Positions 12,673-24,077 of a stretch of 64,000 nucleotides of DNA are shown here, piece by piece (positions within the stretch are counted from its first letter, which is position 1; each line of letters starts with the position of its first letter). Source of the DNA: Psilocybe cubensis (Eukaryota); contig CM038998.1 of NCBI GenBank assembly GCA_017499595.2, positions 2,170,001 through 2,234,000 on the forward strand, written 5' to 3'. Position numbers and translations under genes: made by a program. Below the pieces are notes generated by a model. That model did no database searches. It saw nothing but the letters and a program-made list of their open reading frames with translations, and was not told the DNA's origin.

Positions 12673-14371
12673 ATGAAATTTCTGCTTCTTCCTTCCACGA
12701 GCTTGGTGCGGATTAACGGTCGGACATGGTGTCTGAGAGGATGTGGTGGACGGTTGGGGCAACGAATGATGAGTGGGATGTACGAGAAGTATGCAGAGGC
12801 AATGGCAAAACGTAAACCTGTGGAAGGGACGAATGGGGAGCGGGTGGCGCTGTCGTTTCCTGCGCTGGGACTGGACGACAGGTTTGTGAAAGCACTGCAG
12901 AGGGCGTTCCCAGAAGTGGAAAAACCGACTGCTGTACAAGAGAAGGTTATCCCAGAGATACTGGGTGGGAAGGATATCCTGCTGAAGGATTTGACGGGGT
13001 CTGGAAAGTAAGTTTGTGATTACAAGACAAGACAAATTTGTTGAACAGGACAGGTCGTTTGGACTAGTGCTCGGACTACTGAATAAACCTCGTATGATTA
13101 TACACGACGAGAAGGGGGGCAGAAAGAGAGTTATTACGACACTGTTCATTGTGCCGCATCGAGATCTTGCTCTGCAGCTGCTACGGTGGATCGAACGGGT
13201 AACGGATGCGTTGCGGCCGTCGCCGCCGCTTCGGTCGATTGCACAAGTGCTGGTGCGGGTCGGAGGGGGAACGCGTGGGCTAGAAGAGCTGAAGGAGACT
13301 GCGCCACACATCCTGATCTGCACGCCACAGGCGCTAATGGATGTATATGAGCGTGAGCGGGAAGCGCTACGACTGGAGACTGTGAGGACGGTGGTGGTGG
13401 ACGAGGTGGACTGCCTGATTGAGAGTGATCCGCGGAAGGTGCAGAAGCACGCGGGAGCGACACGGACGATTCTGGATGTGATATACGCGAAGCGACTGAG
13501 GGCCGCGACGCAGCATGAGGAGGAGGACGAGGACGAGGATGGCGAAATTGACGGCGCGCCGGATGACCTGCCGCAGCTGATCATGACGAGCGCGACGCTT
13601 ACTGTGCGGTTCCGCGACTACCTGCTCAGAGAATGCCACTGGCTGAACCGGGGGAATCTTGTCAAAGTGCGCGGTGACGGCGAGGGCGACGAGGCGGGGC
13701 GGGTGCTGCACTCGCTGCTGGTAGTGCGCCCGGATGGGACGGTGGTGAACGCGGAGGGCGCACGCGAGCCGCCACCAAGAGCCGCACGCGAAACACTCGC
13801 CGTCGAAGATGAGCGTCAAGACCCAGATGACCACGAAAGTAAGTCTGACTCCTGCCCTGACCGCCGCGTAGAATACGCCCGCACGCAGTCGCCGTTTAAC
13901 CCGCACGCAGTCGAGGCGATCGCAACCGCATTTGCGCTGGACGTGCCGCAGATAGCGCTGGTGGTGGTGGGGTCGAGCGCGCCGGTGCAGCGGATGGTGT
14001 ACGAGCTGCGGCAGCTGGGGGTGAATGCGGAGGCGCTGGATCTGCTCGTAGAACGGCGGGGGCGGGCGTACCTGGCGCAGGCGGGCAGCGGCGTGGAGGG
14101 TGTCGCGCGGAATCCGCGGCTCCTGGTGGCGACGGCGGCGACGGTGCGGGGGTTGGACATGCCGCAGCTGAGCCATGTGTTCCTGCTCGGCGTGCCCGAG
14201 GGCCGGGCGGTGGAGGGCTACCGGCACATCGCAGGACGGGTCGGGCGGTTCGGGCGGGGGGGTCGGGTGGTGAGCGTGGTGGCAGAGGGGGAGGACGGGC
14301 GGATGAGCCGGGTGATTAACGGGGTCGGAGAGACCCCCGTGGTATTCGAGCATTTCGATTATTATTATTAA
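12673..14371 (+). CDS. DExD-box (DEVD) ATP-dependent RNA helicase with a basic N-terminus, possibly mitochondrial
   Basis: Q motif (FPALGL...KPTAVQ), Walker A TGSGKS across intron 13008-13053, motif Ia PHRDLALQ, DEVD, SAT, VRGLD and motif VI HIAGRVGRFG. Confidence 0.85.
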
Positions 14372-14453
14372 TATTAATCGTCATGCGGCAGTGGCTGACC
14401 GTCTCCTTCTCTGCGAGCCATTTCTACCGGCGCGTCGTCTTTGGCTGACGGTC

Positions 14454-17215
14454 ATGTTCCTCCTCTTCTTTTTCCTCTCTCTCCTCCCCTTCCCTCTCCT
14501 CCTCGCCCAGTCCTCCTCCTCCTCCTCCTCCTCACAATCTCTCTCTTTCTCCCTCTCCACCGGCGATGTCACCCTCACCATCCCCACCACCCGTCCTGGT
14601 CAGCAGCCCTCTGTCTTTACCACCGTCCTCCCCGGCGTATTCAATGTCACCTACACTATAACCCCTACAACCACATCCACACCCACACCCACCACATCTC
14701 CCACCACCTCTTCTTCGCCCTCACCTACTCCAGATCCTTTCGTTCTTGCATGTCCTTTCTCTTTCTCTCTTCTTTTTTGTCTCCCTAATCTCTTTGCTCT
14801 TCAGGATACACGCGTTGATCCCGCTTTTGCCGTTCTTGGTGTCATTCTTATTCTTACTGGCCTCCCTTCCGCTTTCTGGGGCCACAAAAACAGATGGTTC
14901 GTCTCCTTCTATTCTCTTCCTCCTCATCCTCACCCTTCTTATCGTCTTTCACAGGACCTCTTTTTTCCTCATCGGCTTCTATACCCTATCTCTTGTTTGT
15001 ATAGTTCTTATTCTAAAATTCGGCGTAATTCCTGCCATAAATCCCCCAACTCAAACTCTCAGAGGCATGTTCGTTCTGGCTTCCTCCATCGCTGGCATCG
15101 CCGGTGGCGCAGTCGCCATCTTCTTCTGGAAGGGTGCCAGGTATGGTATTGGAGCCTGGGGTGGCTTCGCTCTAGGTCTGTGGATCCAGTGTTTCCATAA
15201 CGGGGGTGTCATCAAATCGGTCGGTTTCAGGTGGATTCTTTACATTGGTTTGATATTTTTGTATTCCATCCTTTCTATTTCAACCTAATCACAACTTCAC
15301 CAGGATGTGCTGTTGCCGGTTTTGCTCTATCTACCATCCCAAAGGTATTATTCCTTTTGCTTTCCACCTCCTCTACCTTAGCTTATTCTCGCCACCCATC
15401 AGATCCATTACCATGTACTTCTCATCTCCACGGCATTCGTTGGCGCTACTTCCTTCATGCTCGGTGTCGACTGTTTTACTACCGCTGGCTTGAAGGAGGT
15501 AATCAATGCGTTTTTCCCATCCAACACCATCATCTGACCATTTCAATCCGCAGTTTTACGTCTGGAACCTAGGCTTTCCTGCCCTCTTTCCAAAGTTTAC
15601 TGAAAACCATATCCAATTCCCTGTCTCCCAAACTATGCAGATCGAACTCGGCCTCATCGGTGCCGTCTCCTTGATGGGCATAGCCGTTCAACTCCGCATC
15701 CTAAAGGTTCTTCAGAAGAAGATGCAGGAAATTGCCGAGGAGACTCAGAAACGAGACGAGGAGGCTGAACTCCGCGCTGCAGATAGGCTCGCAACTGTCG
15801 ACCAGGAGCGTGACGCTTGGGAAAAGGACCATCCTACCCTTACAAAGCATGGCCGACAGGACAGTACCATGTCCTCTCTTCCGCTGATGAAAGAGCGGGA
15901 GGATTCGGCTTCCCCCATTCCAGATCCCCGCTCCTCTTATCTCCTCGATGAGCCCCGCCCCCGCCATGCATCAGGTCTATCCGACTTCAAAGTTGCACCT
16001 ACTCCGGAAGATGACCTTAGGCGTGCTGCCCGTAACAGCAACCAGCCCGTTGGTTCCATGCTTCCCAACTTGGACCTCGGCACCCGCATTCAGGAAGACG
16101 TGCCGTCTAGTTTTATTGCCGACGACGTCATGGCTCGCCCAGTGCAGGTGTCAGCCTCTGAACTGGAGGACTTCAAGCGGAAACAAGAACTTTTGGCAGA
16201 GATTCAAACCATACGTCGGTCAATTGATATCTTAAAGTCGGAAACACCCATACCGTCCTCTTCGGAAGCATCCCGACGCCCATCTTTCGCGTCCAAGCGC
16301 ACCCTTAGTCTTGACGCTACTAATGTCCTCCAGCAGCAACCATCATCGCACGCGAGACCACCGCGCGAGGCTGCCCCTCCTCGAGCCCGCGTGCATTCCA
16401 TGGAACTTTCTTCTTTAGTAAACTCACCCAATGACCCGATCACTAGACCGACCAGCGTACCCCTCAAAGACTCTGACTGGGATTCGTATATACAGGAACG
16501 TAAACTATTACAGCCACCGGCTGGCATCACCCCTCCGATCGTGACCAATAGAGTACCCATGGCCCCAGCAGTGCAAGAAGCACTTCAGCGCCGGAAGAGG
16601 AGGGAGAGTGCTCTCGGTGTCGCCGCACCTAGCACTGATTCATCGGAAGATGTTCCCCTGGCGCGAGTGATACAACAGAAGCCTAGCAATCAGCTGGGAC
16701 CGGTGACCATCCTGCCGCCTCGGCGAGCATCGGCCAACATCATATCCCCCGTTCCCCAGTTGGCAGCCAACACGCGGACCAGAACGTTTGAAGAATTGAC
16801 CGAACGCCATCGCGAAAAACTCCGGGACATGCAGGCGCCATTGACCCAAGCCGAGAGGGAGCACGCCGAACTGGAGGCTGCCCGACAACGATGGGACCGG
16901 TCAAAAGCGCTTGAAAAGGAAGCGGTCACTCGACGACAGGCAGAAAAAGTGGCTGCATTGGAAAAGAGGAAGAAAATGGAAGGAGGAGGAGGAGAGCATT
17001 CACGACGATCGTCTGGGGAAGCGGGTCGGCGACACTCGCGATCATTGAGCGCAGACAAGCTGGGGAACCAAGGAGGGACATCGTCTCGACGGCTGTCAGC
17101 GATGAAAGTAGAAGACTGGCAGCGGTATCAGCAGGATGCCGAAATGGGCGTCAAAACTGAGCGTGGAGGAGTGCCATTCCCGCAGGAGACGCGGCGGAAA
17201 AGCAGAGATGCATAA
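14454..17215 (+). CDS. DUF4203 (TM7S3/TM198-like) multi-pass membrane protein with a long disordered/coiled-coil cytoplasmic tail
   Basis: Signal peptide and S/T-rich stalk, then DTRVDPAFAVLGVILILTGLPSAFWGHKNRW-TSFFLIGFY, GAWGGFALGLWI, STAFVGATSFMLGVDCFTTAGLKEF. The tail is ORF 15506-17215. Confidence 0.8.
14511..14533 (+). repeat. (TCC)n microsatellite encoding poly-Ser, within a pyrimidine-rich tract
   Basis: tcctcctcctcctcctcctcctc seen directly; translates to the S-run after the signal peptide. Confidence 0.85.
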
Positions 17216-17348
17216 TAATGACGGACACAGCTACGAAATTATGACTATACGCACTTTTTTGGACATGGACTATGGTACATAGCACGCTACATACACATTG
17301 CATTGGAATGATTTGTTTTTTGGGAGATCAGGTGATGGAGAGTGACAG

Positions 17349-17435
17349 CGTGAGAAGATGTGACTGTTGTTTGTGGGACAAAACTCTCACGACGGAGGGA
17401 GTTTAAGAAATTCCCACCCACGTCTTGCTCTCACG
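17349..17435. promoter_or_regulatory. Cluster of CSL-binding-type elements (GTG[A/G]GAA and near matches) upstream of the CSL gene
   Basis: CGTGAGAA 17349-56 (+), TGTGGGAC 17372-79 (+), CTCTCACG 17384-91 (-), TTCCCAC 17411-17 (-), CTCTCACG 17428-35 (-). Confidence 0.55.
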
Positions 17436-17447
17436 CCCTGTAAGTAA

Positions 17448-19844
17448 ATGGCGCAGACGACGGCTGTTCAAGATCCTTTCTTTCTTGACCACCACCTACA
17501 CATGGCCCAAGTGCCCAACAATAACCCACAGTCGGAATCCCACCACAGAGAAGATACCCCTGCACAGGCAATTCCGTTTTCTCCCTCTGCAATTTTCCCC
17601 ATACTTTATCTCTAATCCATACCGTGTCTCGACACGCTCTTATATAGGTCCAATCTGAGCCTTTGCGCAACTCGCATACACCTCCCTCATCCCACTCGTC
17701 GCCCCATCTACAGACCGCAGATCCAAATGTCTCTTTGCAGTCTATTTTGACTGCCAACAAGGATGCCGCCAATGCACCCCCGCAACAGTGGCCGCAACAT
17801 CCCCAGGCCCATTCTCTCGTCCAGGCAGGTCCCTGTCCTATTTCTGGCAGTTGTGCAGAGCAAATAACCTTTTTCTAAAGGCCTCTTCGAGCAAGCGCAA
17901 GCTGGAGGATGCAGAGCCTGAAGATCCACACAGCAAGATTCGTCGTATCGTGCGCGACCATGTATCTCAAGATCCTGCACGCGTCATGCCAATGACCACC
18001 GTCATATGTTTACATGCCGCCGTCGCACAAAAGTCGTACGGGAGCGAGAAGCGGTTTCTTTGTCCACCCCCAGTCGTGCACATTGAAGGTCCCGTTTGGC
18101 ACATGCGTACCCAGCAGCTCGCCATGGCTGTCGTGTCGGAGAGTGGAGAGCGCTCGTTTGAGCAAAAGGCCCCCTTGGATAACAACATGACCGCGAGCTT
18201 CAAGTTTTTGCACGTTACGGGGACTGCAAAGGCAAAGAGTTTTCAGCTCTCTCTTGACATTGCCGAACCACCTCCACCCGCCCTTGTTCCAGAAGGCGCA
18301 GACACTCCCAGTGGTCGAGTCTGGGCTTCGTTTGATTCGGCGCCTGTTACAATCATATCAAAGCCCTCTAAAAAGACTGCAAAGACGCGTAACATTTCGT
18401 CGTGTATTCTGGCAGGCGGTCCTGTTTCTCTCTTCAACCGAATTAATTCACAAACTGTGCGTACAAAGTACATGACTATTGATGGTGGTCAGCTCTGCGC
18501 AAGCAACGTATCCTGGTCGGCCTTTAATGTCAATGTCGTTCGAAAACCAGGCATGACTGTAACCGCCTCCTCGGTTGGTACGTGTCATGTGATGAGAAGT
18601 GATAGGGTCTTTTTTCTAACCTTTTCTTTTCAAAAATAGTTGCAGGTCCACAGCCAGTAACGTACGGGTGTGAAATTGTTTTGTCTGATACACACTCCGG
18701 TATCTCTACCTCGCCGCTTGTGATCCGCAAAGTCGACAAGGGCAAGGTTACCCACGAAGAAGGAGGCCCCGTCAGTCAGATGCAAAAGATTGCTCTTCAG
18801 CGGGTCAATCCCGACGGCTCCCGACATTATCTCTCTGCAGCCGGTCCAATACCCGGAACACCTGGGGTGGTTGCCCCTCCGGCACCGGGGATGTCTTCCC
18901 AGGCCGGCACACATCCTCTCCTATTCCAATCTCCTCGTGTACGTGAAGAAGTAAAGGACGGTTATCGAGTCGTCTGCGATGAAGTCGATGATTATCTATG
19001 TTGGACCATTGTTGGTATCTGTATGCATCTCACTCATAATCATCTATATCACTTTGCTCATTATTTACCTTTTTTTTTTGTTGTTTTAGCAAAGTTCCAG
19101 TATACCTTCTTTGATGCCTTTGGTCAGAACAACACTATACCTGAGGTACCCATCACTCCTTTTCCAACGTTGTTCACCGCTCCAGCCTACCGTCCTGCAA
19201 ACAACACTATCGAGTTGACTGTCTCCAATTTCTTTTACGAACATCCTACCACACGACATCAGACCCCCCTCGATGTTTATCTAGGAAACCTTGGGCCTCT
19301 CCATCTTCGTGTCTACCAGGCAGCACCACCAGGCCCCCTTACTGCCATAAACTCTTATATTCCTGGTGGATCTGGAGAAGGACGGGACTCTACAGCCGCG
19401 TCGAATCCGCCAGGGCGATACATGAGTGCTCCATTGCACACTGTGGTCATTGTTGAAATGCCTCCGCTAGCTGATGTCATTAAAGCATTGGAAGACGACG
19501 CCTTGCCAACGAATACTTCTCCACCCAACGGCAATAAATCACATCCACCTCCTGACGGAGTTGAGGGATCAGTGCCGCCTCCACCTCCAATGCCATCTAT
19601 TGCAGGGAGGAGTCTCCCGCTACTGTTTATCCGCGCATCAGATGGCGTTGGGTATCATTCTGGCCGTACGATAGCATGCGAAAATGTGTTCCAGGCCATG
19701 GATCTCGGAAACATGGCGGCTAGCCACCAGCAACAGCAAAATGGACAACCTGTTGATACCAATTGGATAGCCGCTGCCGCTGCCCAAGCAGCAGCTGTTG
19801 CGGCAGATGGTGGAATGCATGGGTGGACATTGAGAGTGATGTAA
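17448..19844 (+). CDS. Fungal CSL (CBF1/RBP-Jk/Su(H)/LAG-1) transcription factor with LAG1 DNA-binding and beta-trefoil domains, Cbf11-like
   Basis: CLHAAVAQKSYGSEKRFLCPPP, IISKPSKKT, VSLFNRINSQTVRTKY, PVTYGCEIVL, PLVIRKVDKG, PVSQMQKIALQ, WTIVGI, PLLFIRASDGVGY. ATG 17448 joins the main frame through phase-0 introns 17568-17647 and 17825-17880. Confidence 0.92.
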
Positions 19845-20035
19845 TGATGCTTTGTTTTTTGAGTCTCTTCCTCCTCTCCACCTTAATATGTAACTGTGAC
19901 TGTTATCGTTTTGCTTTGCAATGATTGACCATCTTTCTTTTTTTTCTGTCTTTGTCCTCTCTCTTTCTTTTTGGATACTTTTTTTTTGTATTATGTATCA
20001 GAAACGGCTGGGGTAAATTTGTGGATTACATATAT

Positions 20036-22997
20036 TTAATCTTCACGACGTTTAAGAATCTCAACTACCTCGTCCCTTGCCATTTCGGACATTCCAACTA
20101 CTTCAATGACAATCTCTTCCCATTCGGTATCACTGAGTGAGCCAAATGTGGCACTGACAATTTTTTCGCGTGCTTCACCTTCCAAGCTAATTAATCTTCC
20201 AGCTTGGAGAAGTTTGCTCCAGGGCGCTTGGATGCGCCGATGACCACCACCAAGAGCACCTTCTACAGCAATATAGCAGGTTTCTACCCATAGCTCGCAT
20301 TCTGACCGGATGGACTTTGCCTCCTGAAGCGACAGATTCCCCCGATACATGATTTGATGGTGCAAAATATGATCGGCCAAGCGTTGGGTAATCCGCCGGT
20401 AGACGACAATGAAAAGGGTAGCAGGAAGAGTCGCACGAAGAAGATTAAGTTGTGAAGAGAGCAGTCCAATGGGCTCTAAAAGTGTCTGTGACAATCCAAA
20501 CTCCGACACATCCGTTGGGACAGGTGATGCACTGTATTTTGACTATCAGCAAGAAAACGATGAGGGTGCAGATAACGACACTTGCACCGCAGCAGCACGA
20601 TGTGCGCGTAAACCACTTTCGATCTCACCACAGACGAGTTGAATGACCATGTCTTCAGCGCGAACGCACAGATGTTTGTAATTGGATATCATCTTGGAGA
20701 ATATCATATCACCAGGGGAAGGATTGCTGCCATTTGATAAATCTGGGAGGTAAGGGCTGGTTTGAGCCCAGTGGCGCAGGTCCTGATCACCGATGAACTC
20801 TTCCCACAGTTGCAGGAAAAACTAGGCAAAGCTCATTCAATTACCTGTTCTTGTGCACAAGAATATAAACTCACCAGGTCGTCACCCCATGTTTCCAGGC
20901 ACGCATGTATATATCCTGCACTTAGCAAAGCTTTGCACAAGCTACTTGCTCCTGCGGTCCCGCTTGTACGATTTCGAGGATCTTCCTGCAAACTCGCTTC
21001 ACGCAGACTGAAGTTCAAAGCTCCGGGTACTGAACGCACAAAGAATGATGACAGGGTCTCGAAAGCAACGAGAGATGAAGATATACGGCCATGATAAGCC
21101 TCCAGCAATGGGAGTTGAATGAGAAGAAGAAAATGTGCCTTTTGCACAGCATGAGGCAGCGGAGAATATCGATCTTCAAATTTTTCGGTGAGAACACTCT
21201 CAACGAGAAGAAGTATAACCTACCCGTGATTTGTTCGATCAAAGACTTTATCTTCCGAGACGATACAGTGGGTCTCAAATCCTGCATATTTTCATCGCTC
21301 TCGACTTCGTCAGTAATATGCCACGCGTCAGGTGCGTTTATGACCTCATTATATTGTCCTTCAACAACTAGAAGGCCCTTTCATTAACGAAGCATTGTCG
21401 CAATAACGAGGGAGCGCCTACATTGTTTTTCTGCCGATAGCCATGTCTCAAACCAATCTGCGTTTCCGAGAACGGTATCGGCAATGCCTGCCCATTTGGG
21501 TGTATTTTGAACGATTGATGTTCCTTGAAGCTCGAAACCCTCTTCCACAATGGCGGTGTCAAACGATAATGCCTGGTATATTGTATGTGCCAGAAGAGAT
21601 GGATGATCCAATAATAAAGGTACTGTCTTCCGCAGTTTTCTGACAAGTAGCGGGAAGAGAAGTTGCGTGAATTCTCTCTTGAAAGAACAACTTTAGAATC
21701 CCGATGCACATGAAAGGTCAGACGCTTACCCACGCAGATATGTGCTTGTATTCTGTTTTGTCCAACAACCTTTGGATGACATTATTCATAAAGTGTGCAT
21801 GTTCGTGACTGACATTCTGTATATGTGTAAAATACCATTCAGGCTAGCGAGGAGTCAATTACAATCATGGATTAGGGTAAAAGCCTCATACCTTTTCTAA
21901 TTTGTTGGTCTGTCGTGAACCTTCGAAATGGAACTTGAAGCGCAGAGAAATGGGTTGAATAAGTGCTTGTAGAGGATAAAGTCCGTCTTTGTCCCCAGGG
22001 GGCGATTGATTGTGTATTTCTTGGCCACTGTATCAATCAGTCAGAGGTTGTGAACCAAGGGGAAAGCAAACTAACTCACATGCTTTGAAATTTCACAAGG
22101 TTAAAGAAGGCAATTTCAAATGCTTTGCGATCCTGCGATGCAACTGAAGCATATTCTACGGGTGCAGGCCAGCCAAACTTCTCAGCACATGTTACCAGAG
22201 AGCTGGAAATGGTAAGCAATGTCATGAATGTGAATTATAGACTGTGAGACTGACCTAGAAAGAATCCCTTTCATGTCAACCCACGTCCTATCGCGAAGAT
22301 TTTTCATGAACGACACCAGATTAAGGCCCTGCTGATTCAAATCTTCCACTGCAGAGCATGCATCCACGATTGAAGTAACGTATTTCTGAAGTTCTCCGTA
22401 TGCATTCACAGATTCCTTCGAAATCTTGGAAGCTTGTCGCACGTTCTCAACGGCCCCCTCGCTACAGGAAATCCGTGAGAGTAACCACTTAGCCAGAATG
22501 GACATACTTACCTCAGCTTTAAGCCAAGCTCGACGACTTGAATGTACTGTTTGACTGTTTGCAGCTCTTTGAGGTTGCGGTGCAGGGTTTCTATGTCTTC
22601 CAATAGAAGTGGTTTATGGTCATCCGATCCGCGAATAGATATTAGGCTTTGTGTCAAGTCAGATAGCTCGTCATTCAAGGTATGTCGCAATAACGACACG
22701 TCTTTCGCTTTGGTCAAGTGGTTCTCTGCTGTCACACGAGTTCGTCGCAAAAAGATGTCCAAGTCAGATTGAGAGGCAGATAGCTATGCTACCAGTGTAC
22801 ATTGAGCCAACTAACTTCGTGAAAATGCAACCACGTACTTTTCGATTCAATTCGTTCTGGTGTTCGAGGAAGGGGGATTCGACTTCATCCAAATCATCGA
22901 TAGTGGGGAACCTTGAATTTATTGTTTCTTTGGCTTTACGTTGAGACTCTTGTAAGCTGGGAGGTTGTAGTAGCTGTCTAATATGTATGGAAGTCAT
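20036..22997 (-). CDS. TIP20: RINT-1/Tip20 family subunit of the Dsl1 ER-tethering complex; multi-exon
   Basis: [84 protein letters not shown]. Confidence 0.85.
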
Positions 22998-23149
22998 GAG
23001 GCCTGTGGAAGTAATGAGAACGAAGAAATCAATGGCTCTGTGACTTTAGAACTCACGTTACATTGCTTACTCGTCATCATGACCCAAGTCCGGCGCTTTT
23101 ACTGACATAATCACTTTCATCACATACCCACACCCATACCACCTCCTCC

Positions 23150-23157
23150 TATATAAA
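23150..23157 (+). promoter_or_regulatory. TATA box upstream of the carbonic anhydrase gene
   Basis: TATATAAA about 170 nt upstream of ATG 23327, with a pyrimidine-rich stretch before the ATG. Confidence 0.45.
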
Positions 23158-23326
23158 GGGTCAAGGCACCCAGGAATTTTGTCAGTCATGGCACAACAAA
23201 AAGTGCATCATAATGAGGGTACAATCGCGCCATCGAAAATCTCCCAAGAGATAGTCTTATATCCGATAAATTGCACTCACTCCCTACTTTTCACCCCTCC
23301 GTCCGTTAATAATCCTTCGGTCAACA

Positions 23327-24077
23327 ATGTCTTCACATCAAGAATTTATCCCTGCTAATGAAACGTACTCCTCCTCTTTCAACAAGGGGGATCTTGCCCT
23401 ACCTCCAAAGAAGCGCCTTATCGTTGGTGAGCTTGGCTTCTGGCGTTATATTCACTCATTACGATCTGACTCTTCTATGGACTGACAGTGACTTGCATGG
23501 ACGCCCGCATTGAGTACACAAGTTTTCTTTCGACAAGGTTTATATATCTAAAACGTTGCACAATATTATTTAGACCACTCTCTCAGATTGGGCTCGATCT
23601 AGGAGATGCCCATATCATCCGAAATGCTGGTGGTTCTGCGTGAGTGCCCTTTAGGTATTGCAGACCCGGGCAAACAATTTATTATTCAATGCTAGTCGAG
23701 AAGCTCTACGAAGCATCGTAGTCTCGCAACGCCTCCTTGCTACAAACCAAATTGCCGTCTTCCGTCATACTGATTGTGGAATGCTCACTTTCACCAACGA
23801 GCAACTAAGGGAACAAGTGATAGCAGCTTCCCCAGGAAACGCGGCAATTGCGGAAGCTGTGAACGCTATAGATTTTCTTCCAATTCCATCCTTAGAGGAA
23901 AATGTCAAAGCCGACGTCCAATTTCTGAAAGAAAATCCTCTTGTTTTCGAAGCAACGACTCTTACAGGTTGGATCTACGACGTTCATACCGGCAAGGTGT
24001 GTAAAAATGTTTTCCGATAGATGGTTTTGGTGATTTCATAGCTAAATCTTATGATAAAGATTAAGCAAGTCGTTTGA
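23327..24077 (+). CDS. Beta-class carbonic anhydrase (small, clade D-like); multi-exon
   Basis: Zn-ligand motifs VTCMDARI and HTDCGM, plus DAHIIRNAGGS, ALRSIVVSQRLL, GWIYDVHTGKIKQV. Confidence 0.92.

Noticed and set aside
12670-14353. Long antisense ORFs (304 aa and 328 aa) opposite the helicase gene
   Set aside because: Low-complexity S/R or H/P/R translations with no motifs; expected shadows of a very GC-rich coding strand.
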